From: a virus
Lineage: Duplodnaviria; Caudoviricetes
Length of the DNA stretch: 55,435 bases
IMG/VR virus record: IMGVR_UViG_3300025326_000038
Coordinates: 1-55,435 of that record
Reading direction: 5' to 3' (one strand)
Positions 36,660 through 44,850 of this stretch are shown here, piece after piece (the stretch's first letter is position 1; each line of letters begins with the position of its first letter). The notes beneath the pieces were generated by a model. That model was given only the letters and a program-made list of their open reading frames with translations. It ran no database searches and was not told where the DNA came from. The position numbers and the translations under genes were made by a program.

Positions 36660-38099
36660 ATGACCGAGACCGGGCACGCGGGCTTCGAAGGCGCCGCCCC
36701 AGTTGTCACGATCGGCGCGGGCAATCCGGAGGCGCTCAAATATGGCAGGCTCTGGGCGCACCCTGAGTACCGCACGGTTGCGCCCGGGGAGCAGCTCGCC
36801 CAAGTGTTCCTCGCCCAGGCGCATCCGAAGCCCGGGGCGGAAGTCCTCGACTTCGGCTGCGGCACCGGCCGCGGCGCGCTCATGCTGGCGCTCCTCGGCG
36901 GGCTCAGGGTCACCATGCTCGATTTCGTGAACAACTGCCTCGACGAGGAGGTGCGCGCCATGCTGACGACGCAGGCGCACGCGCTCCGCTTCCTCAAGGC
37001 GGACCTCGAGCAGAAGCTCCCCGTCGCCGCGCCCTATGGATTCTGCACAGACGTCCTCGAACACATCCCGCCCGCCAAGGTGGACGCCGTCCTCAACAAC
37101 ATCCTGCTGGCCGCGCAACACGTCTTCTTCTCCATCTCCACGGTCGAGGACTCCTGCGGCGCATTGATCGGCGAGCCGCTCCATCTGAGCCTCCATCCCT
37201 TCGCGTGGTGGATGGAGCAATTCCGCAAGCGCGACTGCGTCGTCCACTGGTCGCAGGAGGTGGACGGCGCCTGCCTCTTCTACGTGTCGGCGTGGACCGC
37301 CGGGCCTGCGATCGTCGAGGCGGGGATTCTCAATGTGACCGATGAGCAGATCCGGGCGAACGTCCAGCACAACATCGCGCAGGGCTGGACGCAGGTGCAG
37401 CCGCATCCGACCAATGACATCGAAGTCATGATCCTCGGCGGTGGGCCGTCCATGCCGGCCTTCGAGGAAGAGATCAAGCAGCATCGCGCGCACGGCGTCA
37501 AGCTCATCACGCTCAACGGGGCGTACAATTGGGCGCTGGAGCACGGGCTCACCCCCTCCGCGCAGATCATCGTGGACGCGCGGGCGTTCAATGCGCGGTT
37601 CACCAAGCCGGTCATCGCCGGCTGCAAGTACCTCATCGCCTCCCAGTGCGATCCGGGTGTGTTCGAGGGACTGCCGATCGACCGCACGCTCATCTGGCAC
37701 ACGAGCACGGACCTCATCACGGATCTGCTCAACGCGCAGTACGAGAAGTGGTGGTACGTGCCCGGCGGGTCGACGGTGCTCCTCCGCGCGATCCCGCTGC
37801 TCCGTATGCTCGGGTTCACGCGGTTTCACCTGTACGGCTGCGATAGCTGTCTCGCGGCTGATGACGCGCATCATGCCTACGCACAACCCGAAAACGATGC
37901 AGCGGTTGTCGTGCCGCTCTCCGTCCAGGGCGACCGGATCTTCTACTGCCACCCGTGGATGATCGCGCAGGCAACCGAGCTACAAGATTTACTAAAAGTT
38001 TTGGGGGATGAGATAGAGATCAAGATTCGTGGCGATGGGCTCTTGGCGCATATACTCAATGTAGCCGCAGAGCTAGAGGACAATAAAGCAAATGCGTAA
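36660..38099 (+). CDS. SAM methyltransferase fused to a DUF115/MptE/Maf-like domain
   Basis: VLDFGCGTG and CTDVLEHIP; ILGGGPS, ITLNG, IVD, GGSTV..RA..L...LGF..FHLYG.D. Confidence 0.8.
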   Translation: MTETGHAGFEGAAPVVTIGAGNPEALKYGRLWAHPEYRTVAPGEQLAQVFLAQAHPKPGAEVLDFGCGTGRGALMLALLGGLRVTMLDFVNNCLDEEVRAMLTTQAHALRFLKADLEQKLPVAAPYGFCTDVLEHIPPAKVDAVLNNILLAAQHVFFSISTVEDSCGALIGEPLHLSLHPFAWWMEQFRKRDCVVHWSQEVDGACLFYVSAWTAGPAIVEAGILNVTDEQIRANVQHNIAQGWTQVQPHPTNDIEVMILGGGPSMPAFEEEIKQHRAHGVKLITLNGAYNWALEHGLTPSAQIIVDARAFNARFTKPVIAGCKYLIASQCDPGVFEGLPIDRTLIWHTSTDLITDLLNAQYEKWWYVPGGSTVLLRAIPLLRMLGFTRFHLYGCDSCLAADDAHHAYAQPENDAAVVVPLSVQGDRIFYCHPWMIAQATELQDLLKVLGDEIEIKIRGDGLLAHILNVAAELEDNKANA

Positions 38100-38871
38100 G
38101 GGGTCGTGTCATTCAGAGGAAGCGCGGGCGAAGAACGCCGCAGCCCACCATGGCCGCGTCCCCTGGAACAAAGGCATCAAAATGAATGCTGATCAATGTG
38201 TGAACTTTGGAAAACGCCGTGGTTTCGCTCCCTGGAACAAGGGGCTATCTATGGCGTCTCCATCGGCCGAGACATTGGCAAAGAGAAGTGCAGCGCTTCG
38301 TGGAAAACCAAAGAGCATCGAATGGCGTGCGAAGATCGCCGCAGCTCTTTTAGGGAAAGCAAAATCGTTCGAGGCTCGGATTAGGATGAGTACCGCAAAA
38401 AAGGGGAGACCCGCGCACAACAAAGGGAAAATGATGTCCCCGGAGCAGAGGGCAAATAGCGGCAGGCGCCCAGGCTCCATTCCTTGGAACAAGGGCATTC
38501 CGACAGGGATAAGCCCGATGCGCGGCCCGCGGCCAGAATACAACGGCGTGCGCTTTCGTTCGTCCTATGAAGTGCGATTTGCCAAGGCGTTGGATGCCAG
38601 AGGAATCGGATGGCAATACGAGCCAAAGCGATTTGTCTTAGGCTCATGTTCATACCTTCCTGATTTTTTCGTACCCGAGACTGGAGCATTCTGGGAGATC
38701 AAGGGGTGGCATAACGCCAGCTCGCAAATGAAGGCGAGGCTCTTCCGGGAGTTGTATCCGGAACACCCCTTGATCATTGCAACACACGACGTCATCACCA
38801 TGATGGAGGGATCGACAAATGGCAGTCGGCACGTGGAAGATCTACGCTCGCCTGGGCTAGTCGCGCAGTAA
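38092..38871 (+). CDS. Free-standing endonuclease: PWNKG/NUMOD3-like repeats + PD-(D/E)XK domain
   Basis: (P/A)(W/H)NKG x4; FRS.YE.RFA..LD..W.YEP...YLPDF.....EIKG; AT-richer. Confidence 0.8.
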   Translation: MRKGSCHSEEARAKNAAAHHGRVPWNKGIKMNADQCVNFGKRRGFAPWNKGLSMASPSAETLAKRSAALRGKPKSIEWRAKIAAALLGKAKSFEARIRMSTAKKGRPAHNKGKMMSPEQRANSGRRPGSIPWNKGIPTGISPMRGPRPEYNGVRFRSSYEVRFAKALDARGIGWQYEPKRFVLGSCSYLPDFFVPETGAFWEIKGWHNASSQMKARLFRELYPEHPLIIATHDVITMMEGSTNGSRHVEDLRSPGLVAQ

Positions 38872-39542
38872 TGCGCGATGGTAACGGCGTGAATTGTCGG
38901 GAACCCTACACGCGCAAGCGCAGGGGAATCCGCAGCCAAGCCGAGTAGGAATACTCGGAAGGTTCAGAGACTAGAGGGAGTAGGCCAGACCGGTCGAAAC
39001 CTCCACGAGCGCGCCGCATCCCGAGAGGGATGAAGAGATAGTCCCAGCCTCCGTGGAAACGCGGAGTGGCCGGATAAAGAGCCGGCTGAAGGCAAGGTCA
39101 TTTGAAGGCGAAGAAGTACCTCGGCGCGGGGACGATCACGCTCGGGGCTGGGGTGTTCAAGATGTCGCTCCACAAGACGAGCGCGAGCGCGGCGATCATC
39201 GTCCTCTCGACGCGCTCGACGTTCGCCTCGATCGGCTCGGAGATCTCGGCGCGCGGCGGCTATGTCGCGGGTGGGCGGAACATCGGCCCGGCGACGGGGC
39301 AGTGGACGGTCGGCGCGTCGGCGAAGCAGTACAAGTTCACCTACACGACGGCGGGGCTCGTGTTCACGGCCTCCGGCTCCTCGCTCATCAACATCCGGTT
39401 CGCGCTGATCCGGAATTCGACGGGCGCGGGCGCGGGCAAGGTGCTCTGCTTTGCCTCGCTGTCCTCAGCGCAGTTCACGATCGCTTCGCCAAACACGCTC
39501 TCCATTCTGCCGGCTGCGACGGGCGTCTTTACGCTGGCGTGA
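38819..39542 (+). CDS. Intron-split putative fibre subunit (exons 38819-38848 and 39105-39542; 155 aa)
   Basis: GGAGGG RBS; splicing gives MAVGTWKIYA|KAKKYLGAGTITLG..FKMSL...EIS..GGY.AGG. Confidence 0.82.
38849..39104 (+). ncRNA. ORF-less group I self-splicing intron (256 nt)
   Basis: P (aattgtcgggaa, 38892), Q (aatccgcagc, 38927), R (gttcagagacta, 38962), S (aagagatagtcc, 39033); hairpins P2, P6, P8, P9; exon ends in U, intron ends in G; P10 cgcct/aggcg. Confidence 0.92.
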
Positions 39543-39681
39543 CGTCCGACGCGCGTCGGCGGCCGCATGATGCGGGGCAGCGTCCGTCTCGACGGCGTCG
39601 GGGTCGTCCCGCGCGCCGATTGCCCGGCACCCCCATCCGCATCCGGCGCGCGGGCGCGTATGCCTAACAAAGGAGCCTCTC

Positions 39682-39999
39682 ATGCCTGACATCACGAATC
39701 CTCAAGTGGTCCGCTTCGCCAACGAACACGCCCGCGTCCTGTGCGACGCCTGGGCGACGTTCTACAACACCGCCAAAACGGCGACAACTGTCTGGGCCGG
39801 CCAGGGGCTCGGCGCGCTGGTGCCGAACACGGCCGACCTGATCGCCGACGGCTCCGACGTGGACGGCCGTGGGCGCATCACCGGCGCGGCGTTGACCTCG
39901 CTCAAGGCGTTGCTGGACGCCTTCATCGCGGATGCCGAAGCGGGAGGCAACGCCAAGCGGAACGCCTTCTTCGCGGCGGCGGTGAACCCGAGAGGCTAG
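39682..39999 (+). CDS. Hypothetical late protein
   Basis: AAGGAG RBS; helical. Confidence 0.7.
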   Translation: MPDITNPQVVRFANEHARVLCDAWATFYNTAKTATTVWAGQGLGALVPNTADLIADGSDVDGRGRITGAALTSLKALLDAFIADAEAGGNAKRNAFFAAAVNPRG

Positions 40000-40002
40000 A
40001 CG

Positions 40003-41250
40003 ATGGCACTTCCAGCTACAACCGTCTGGGAAGTCCGCACCGATGGCAACGATGCCAATGGCGGCGGGTTCGTCACCGGTGCGTCCGGCACGGATCGGTC
40101 GCAGCAGGCCGCGGCGCAGATCGCCTACACGGACCTCGTGATCGGCGGGACGACCACCGAGTTGACGAGCGCGGCGTTTCCCTTCTCAGCGGCGGAAGTC
40201 GGCAACATTCTGAACGTCACGGGCGGGACGGGGTTCACGACGGGGTGGTATCAGGTGGTCTCCGTTGCGGCGGGTGTCGCCACGATGGATCGGTCGGTCG
40301 GGACCGGCGGGAGCACGGGCGGGACGGGCAACCTCGGCGGGGCGTTTTTGACGATTGCCCAAGGGCTCACGCTCTCCACGGTCGCTGGGATGATGGTGTA
40401 TGTACGGGGAGGGACGTACAACATTACGACGGCGTTGTCGCCAGCAAGCCTTGGCGGGGCCTACCGCACACGCCTTGTGGGCTATGCGACGACGCGGGGC
40501 GATCTCGGACAACCGATCATTTCGGTTACGGCAGCCATAGATGGCTTGACTCCAGGACTTGGGTGGACGTTTGAGAATCTTGAATTGGACGGCACTTCGG
40601 TGGGTCTTAGAGGGGTGAACCCGACCACCGTACATGGAACACTGGTCAACTGTCACATTCACCATTTTGTGCAGTACGGTCTGTCGGCCTCTTACGAGTA
40701 TTGGTCATTGATACGCTGCGAAGTCGATCATAACAACAACGGGATATGGTCGAATGCCGTCGGTGGCGTCATGGATTGCTGGGTGCATGACAACACCAGC
40801 GACGGTGTTGCTGTGTTCACCACGGGTCGTGTCACGGGCAATGTGATCGCGAACAACGGCGGTCACGGCCTAATTTACAACTACGGCGGTCTGATCCTCA
40901 ATAACATCCTCTATGGTAATGGTGGGGATGGCATTCGCGCTACACAGTCCTACTCTTTCAACATCGGCGCGGGCGTTTGCGAGAATAATATCCTCGTCAA
41001 CAATGGCGGCTACGGGATCAATCAGCCGACCGCCCAGACCCACGCCGATTACCCATGGATCGACTACAACGCCTTCTACAACAACACGAGCGGGGCGCGG
41101 CAGAACGTCAACGCCTCGCCGCACGATGTGACGCTCACGGGCGATCCCTTCACAAACGCGGCGGGGGATGACTTCACTTTGAATAATACGGCTGGGGCAG
41201 GAGCCGCCTGTCGCGGTGCAGGTTTCCCCGGCACTCTACCGGGACTCTAG
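40003..41250 (+). CDS. Right-handed parallel beta-helix protein (receptor-binding/depolymerase-like)
   Basis: VYVRGGTY; repeated N.I..NG..GI rungs; DP.F......DF.L near the C-terminus. Confidence 0.85.
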   Translation: MALPATTVWEVRTDGNDANGGGFVTGASGTDRSQQAAAQIAYTDLVIGGTTTELTSAAFPFSAAEVGNILNVTGGTGFTTGWYQVVSVAAGVATMDRSVGTGGSTGGTGNLGGAFLTIAQGLTLSTVAGMMVYVRGGTYNITTALSPASLGGAYRTRLVGYATTRGDLGQPIISVTAAIDGLTPGLGWTFENLELDGTSVGLRGVNPTTVHGTLVNCHIHHFVQYGLSASYEYWSLIRCEVDHNNNGIWSNAVGGVMDCWVHDNTSDGVAVFTTGRVTGNVIANNGGHGLIYNYGGLILNNILYGNGGDGIRATQSYSFNIGAGVCENNILVNNGGYGINQPTAQTHADYPWIDYNAFYNNTSGARQNVNASPHDVTLTGDPFTNAAGDDFTLNNTAGAGAACRGAGFPGTLPGL

Positions 41251-41253
41251 ACC

Positions 41254-41466
41254 ATGCCTACAGGATATCGAGACATAGGAGTTTATCAGCACAAATCCAC
41301 AGGCGGCGATGCTGCCAAGACGGGCTACGTGTCCATTGGCGTGTATCAGGAGCAGGACGCGGCGGCGATCACACCGGCCGCCGGGGCCGCGGTGCTCACC
41401 GGCGCGGCCCCGAGCCGTGTCATCGGGACGGTTCTGACGCCAGCAGGGATGCGTAAGGGCACATAG
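41254..41466 (+). CDS. 70-aa peptide with two GYxxIGVYQ motifs and a TPxxG tag, in frame with 40003-41250
   Basis: Separated from the upstream ORF by TAG-ACC only, same frame. Confidence 0.65.
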   Translation: MPTGYRDIGVYQHKSTGGDAAKTGYVSIGVYQEQDAAAITPAAGAAVLTGAAPSRVIGTVLTPAGMRKGT

Positions 41467-41468
41467 GC

Positions 41469-42416
41469 ATGGCCGACACCTCAATTCAGCCCAACACCGG
41501 CCAGTTGGTGCTGGCTCGAGGCCATGCCATTCCGACCCCGCTTCGGGCCAGCCTTGAGATCACCGGCGCGGCCCCCTCGCTAATCCAGGGGACGGTGATC
41601 ATCCCGGGCACCGGCTCGCTGGAGTTCGGAGAGCTCGGAGGCCCAACACCTGGCACCGGGGCACTCGCGCTGATTGGCCAAACGCCGACGGTTCTCGTCG
41701 CCACCTTCCTGACGCCGGCCGCGGGCGCCGTGACCGTGGACGGGCTGGCGCCGGGCCGGGTAGTCGGCTCTCTGTTCGTCCCGGGGGTCGGGAGCCTGGT
41801 GCTCGCGGAGGGCAGCCCGAGCCCCGTCAGCGGCACGCTCCGAACCCCGGCTGCCGGAAGCCTGATCGTCTCCGGCGTCGCCCCCATCCTGGAAGTCGAT
41901 ACCCGCCTCATGGTGGCCTCTGGGAGCCTCCTGCTGACCGGGGAGGCTCCGACCATCGGCGGGGCGGTCCAGATTACCCCTGGGGCCGGTGCGCTCGTCC
42001 TGGCAGGGCAGACAGCCATCCTGGGCGGAGCGGTCCAGATCGTCCCTGGCACCGGGTTGCTGACCCTGGCGGGCCTCGAGCCGCGGCAGGACCGGGGGCT
42101 CTTCCCGGGGACGGGAGCGCTCGCGCTGGACGGGCTCGCTCCATCCCTGCGCACCGATCTCCGCCTGACGCCCGCAGCTGGCGGCTTGCTCCTGACCGGG
42201 CAAACGCTCCAGATCGGCGGGGCCGTCCAGATCGTGCCGGGGACGGGGCTTCTCACCCTCACGGGGCTGAGCCCGCTCCTGGCCATCCCATCGCCCCGGT
42301 TCATTGTCCCGGCCCGGGGGCGGGTCTACACGCTGACGGCCCGGGGGCGGGTCTACACGCTGACGGCCCGGGGGCGGGTCTACACCTTGACGGCGGAGCA
42401 CGAGGCGACGGATTGA
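41469..42416 (+). CDS. Repeat scaffold protein built of ~22-aa PxxGxLxLxGxxP units
   Basis: About 13 units; ends in (ARGRVYTLT)x3. Confidence 0.8.
   Translation: MADTSIQPNTGQLVLARGHAIPTPLRASLEITGAAPSLIQGTVIIPGTGSLEFGELGGPTPGTGALALIGQTPTVLVATFLTPAAGAVTVDGLAPGRVVGSLFVPGVGSLVLAEGSPSPVSGTLRTPAAGSLIVSGVAPILEVDTRLMVASGSLLLTGEAPTIGGAVQITPGAGALVLAGQTAILGGAVQIVPGTGLLTLAGLEPRQDRGLFPGTGALALDGLAPSLRTDLRLTPAAGGLLLTGQTLQIGGAVQIVPGTGLLTLTGLSPLLAIPSPRFIVPARGRVYTLTARGRVYTLTARGRVYTLTAEHEATD
42310..42394. repeat. 27-nt tandem repeat x3
   Basis: cggcccgggggcgggtctacacgctga; third copy has 2 substitutions. Confidence 0.93.
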
Positions 42417-42428
42417 GTGGGCGGGCTA

Positions 42429-42718
42429 TTAGCCCTTTCGCCATTTGTACTCAGGAACCTCCTCAGCCTCCGACGGTTCGACCGTCACGACGATCGGCCC
42501 GAGCTTGTCGGGGAGCGCGGCGAGGGCGATGAGAGCGAGCAGGGGTGTGAAGAAAAGCGCGACGAATCCCCAAGCCACACCAGAGCGCCCCTTCTCTTCG
42601 GTAACATAGAAGGCCAACGCGATGAACGCCAGGAGCCAGGCGAGCAGGAAAAAAGAAGTCCGATAGAGAACCAGTCCTGATAATCGAGCGGCACAGGTAG
42701 TTTCCGTATTGCCGTCAT
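42429..42718 (-). pseudogene. Small membrane protein gene frameshifted in a T6 run (42649-42654)
   Basis: Strong RBS + ATG at 42718; adding one T joins MTAIRK..IGLLF to FLLAWLLAF..KGRSG..WGF. Confidence 0.55.
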
Positions 42719-42785
42719 CGGTCGGTCCCTCCCCTCCGTCGCCGCAGAATCAGCGCTCGGGCGATAGGGTAGCAGATCAGGAGGC

Positions 42786-43145
42786 CTATCCCTTGTCGCG
42801 GCTTGGGTTCGGCCGCCCTTTGGCGTTGCCCCCTAGGGCCCTCAACCGGGGGACGCCTTTTGGTTTCGGGGGCGGGAGAATGGGGCGGCCTTTCTCTATC
42901 CAATTGACCACGGCCTGCAATCCCGCTTCATCAACGAAAAGCCACGCGGTGGGTACACCCAGCGCTGCCGCCCAGCGCTCACAGACCGTAAAACTCTCGG
43001 GCAACGTCTTCAGCCATCTCCCCACCTCGTAACCCTTGACGCCGCGCTCTTCGGCGAATTTACTCTTGTTATCTTCAGGACTTAGAAGTCTGTAGCGCTG
43101 TTCTGCGCGTTCTTCATAGCCCGGAAACTTTACTCGCTTAGGCAC
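42786..43145 (-). CDS. CI-like repressor (HTH)
   Basis: NKSKFAEERGVKGYEVGRW...WAAALGVPTAWLF; divergent from the cro-like gene. Confidence 0.72.
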   Translation of the reverse strand: MPKRVKFPGYEERAEQRYRLLSPEDNKSKFAEERGVKGYEVGRWLKTLPESFTVCERWAAALGVPTAWLFVDEAGLQAVVNWIEKGRPILPPPKPKGVPRLRALGGNAKGRPNPSRDKG

Positions 43146-43161
43146 GGCCGAAAATCTCCCC

Positions 43162-43191
43162 TTGACAGCGCTGAGCGCTGTGCGCTATATG
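43162..43191 (+). promoter_or_regulatory. Sigma70-type promoter with overlapping palindromic operator
   Basis: TTGACA at 43162, TATATG at 43186; ACAGCGCT-G-AGCGCTGT at 43165-43181. Confidence 0.72.
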
Positions 43192-43200
43192 TGTACCGCG

Positions 43201-43461
43201 ATGCCCAACCCAACCCAATCCAATGGGAGCCTAGCACGCCTGAAACGGCGACTCCAGAAGGCGGGGATCCGCCAGCAGACGGTCGCGGAGGCGGCTGGGG
43301 TGACGAAGGTCCACGTCTGCAACGTGCTGGCGGGCCGCGATCAGAGCCAGAAGGTCGTCGAGACCGCTAAACGGCTGCTGGCCGACCACCAAAACGGGGC
43401 CCAGGAGCCCGGGGAAGGCCGCCCTACACGAGGAATTCTCCAAAACGCCGGGGCTTCCTAG
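43201..43461 (+). CDS. Cro-like HTH protein
   Basis: GIRQQTVAEAAGVTKVHVCNVLAG. Confidence 0.8.
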   Translation: MPNPTQSNGSLARLKRRLQKAGIRQQTVAEAAGVTKVHVCNVLAGRDQSQKVVETAKRLLADHQNGAQEPGEGRPTRGILQNAGAS

Positions 43462-43516
43462 CCCTCCATAGCCATCCGGGGGTGTGGCCCCGGAGAAAGG
43501 CCGGTACATGGGCCTG

Positions 43517-43768
43517 ATGCGCGCTGAGCAGGAAACGACGATCCGGTGGGACGAAGAGGAGCAGATCGTCCACATCTGGTCAGCCAGCCCAAAGACCTGG
43601 CGCAAGATGGCCCGGCTGGGCGTCCCTCACACCCGAGAAACAACGCAGGGCGGCAAACCGAACGGGCGCTTCTACCAAGTGCCCGAGTCCCAGTTTCGCT
43701 GGCGGTTGAAATCCGCCGCCCGGGTAGCGGCCCGTCAGGGCAAACCCTTCGGACAGTCCCATGCCTGA
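43517..43768 (+). CDS. Hypothetical early protein
   Basis: EQET.I.WD motif; start uncertain (43484/43508/43517). Confidence 0.6.
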   Translation: MRAEQETTIRWDEEEQIVHIWSASPKTWRKMARLGVPHTRETTQGGKPNGRFYQVPESQFRWRLKSAARVAARQGKPFGQSHA

Positions 43769-44000
43769 GCGGAAGCCCCTCGCCCACGCCGAGAGCCGCG
43801 ATCCGAAGAGCGTCCGGTACTCGCCGAGCGAGTGGGCCGCGATCGTCGAGGCCGCCCGGGCCCGCGGGCTGGAGCCCTCTGCCTTCGCCAGGGATCTCTC
43901 CATGATGGCCCTGATGATCGTCTCCACCCCGGCCTTGATGGAAGGCCACATGCGTACTTTGTCCGTCCTACGGCCGAACGGCCTGAGCATCTCGGCGTAA
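43761..44000 (+). CDS. Ribbon-helix-helix-like DNA-binding protein
   Basis: SVRYSPSEWAAI..AA..RGL..SAFAR. Confidence 0.65.
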   Translation: MPERKPLAHAESRDPKSVRYSPSEWAAIVEAARARGLEPSAFARDLSMMALMIVSTPALMEGHMRTLSVLRPNGLSISA

Positions 44001-44294
44001 CACGATGAGCTTACGAACCGGCCGTCTCATGCTCTTCGCCCGCGCCTTCGAATCCCGCCACCGCGCGCTCCTCGACGCACTGACCGCCGGCCTCGTCACG
44101 CTTCTCGCCATCGCGGGCTGGTGCGCGGCGTTTGCGCTGTTCGCTGACTAACCGAAAGGGGATCTAACCATGACAATCGAGACGGCAGAGATCAGCTTCG
44201 CGGACTTGGAGAAGGCCGCGACCGACCACCTGAAGATGTTGGCGCGGATGATCAGGTTGGAGCTGGAGAAGCGCAAGCGGGCGGGGAAGTAGCT

Positions 44295-44612
44295 ATGCCC
44301 GACCGCGAGCACACGGACCCGAAGGCACTGGACCAATTCTACAACCTCCCGTCCGTCCAGGCGCGGCCCTGGTACCGCGTCGTCTGGACCTGGTGCCGGG
44401 AGGAACTGTTCAAGGAGCCGTTCGAGGTGCGCACCGAGGATGATGCCGTCCTCCGGCGCATCCGGGTCCACGAGCGGGCGACCGCCGGGGCGCGTCGCCT
44501 CCGCAAACTCCCGCGGGACGAGGCGGCGGACATCCTCGTGGTCACGGCGATGCTGCTCGGGTTCGAGGACGTCTGGGCGAAGCGGGCGCGGGCTCGCGAG
44601 GTCCGGCGCTGA
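44295..44612 (+). CDS. Hypothetical protein
   Basis: ORF in the early operon. Confidence 0.55.
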   Translation: MPDREHTDPKALDQFYNLPSVQARPWYRVVWTWCREELFKEPFEVRTEDDAVLRRIRVHERATAGARRLRKLPRDEAADILVVTAMLLGFEDVWAKRARAREVRR

Positions 44613-44685
44613 TGGGCTCAGCGATCCTGCTGGCGATCATCGGGGCGATTCTGCTGACCGCTGGGCGGCGGGCGTGGAGGGGCGT

Positions 44686-44850
44686 ATGAACGACACTGAG
44701 TTCGAGATCGACGATGGGCCGTGCCCTGAGTGTGATGGCGATGGCCTGATCCTCGGTGCCTGTTTCGAGGATTCATGCTGTTGCGCGGACCCCCAGACAG
44801 AGCACGAACTGATTCCATGTCCGGTGTGTGTGATGAGGCCAAGACCATGA
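44686..44850 (+). CDS. Small CxxCxGxG zinc-finger protein
   Basis: CPECDGDG...CPVC; GGAGG RBS. Confidence 0.6.
   Translation: MNDTEFEIDDGPCPECDGDGLILGACFEDSCCCADPQTEHELIPCPVCVMRPRP

Noticed and set aside
35505-37952. Long minus-strand ORFs (also 1497-3305, 13681-15777, 15946-17439, 23760-25232)
   Set aside because: Antisense shadows of well-supported plus-strand genes in high-GC DNA, with no recognisable motifs.
790-41250. Genome-wide TAG recoding, since some TAG stops precede in-frame ORFs (792, 24254, 39999, 41250)
   Set aside because: Long genes contain no internal TAG, no suppressor tRNA is seen, arm B uses TAA at equivalent stops, and the ORFs at 24273 and 40003 have RBS-like sequences; only 41250 is kept.
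30452-42416. Diversity-generating retroelement acting on tail genes
   Set aside because: No reverse transcriptase and no adenine-mismatched repeat pair seen.
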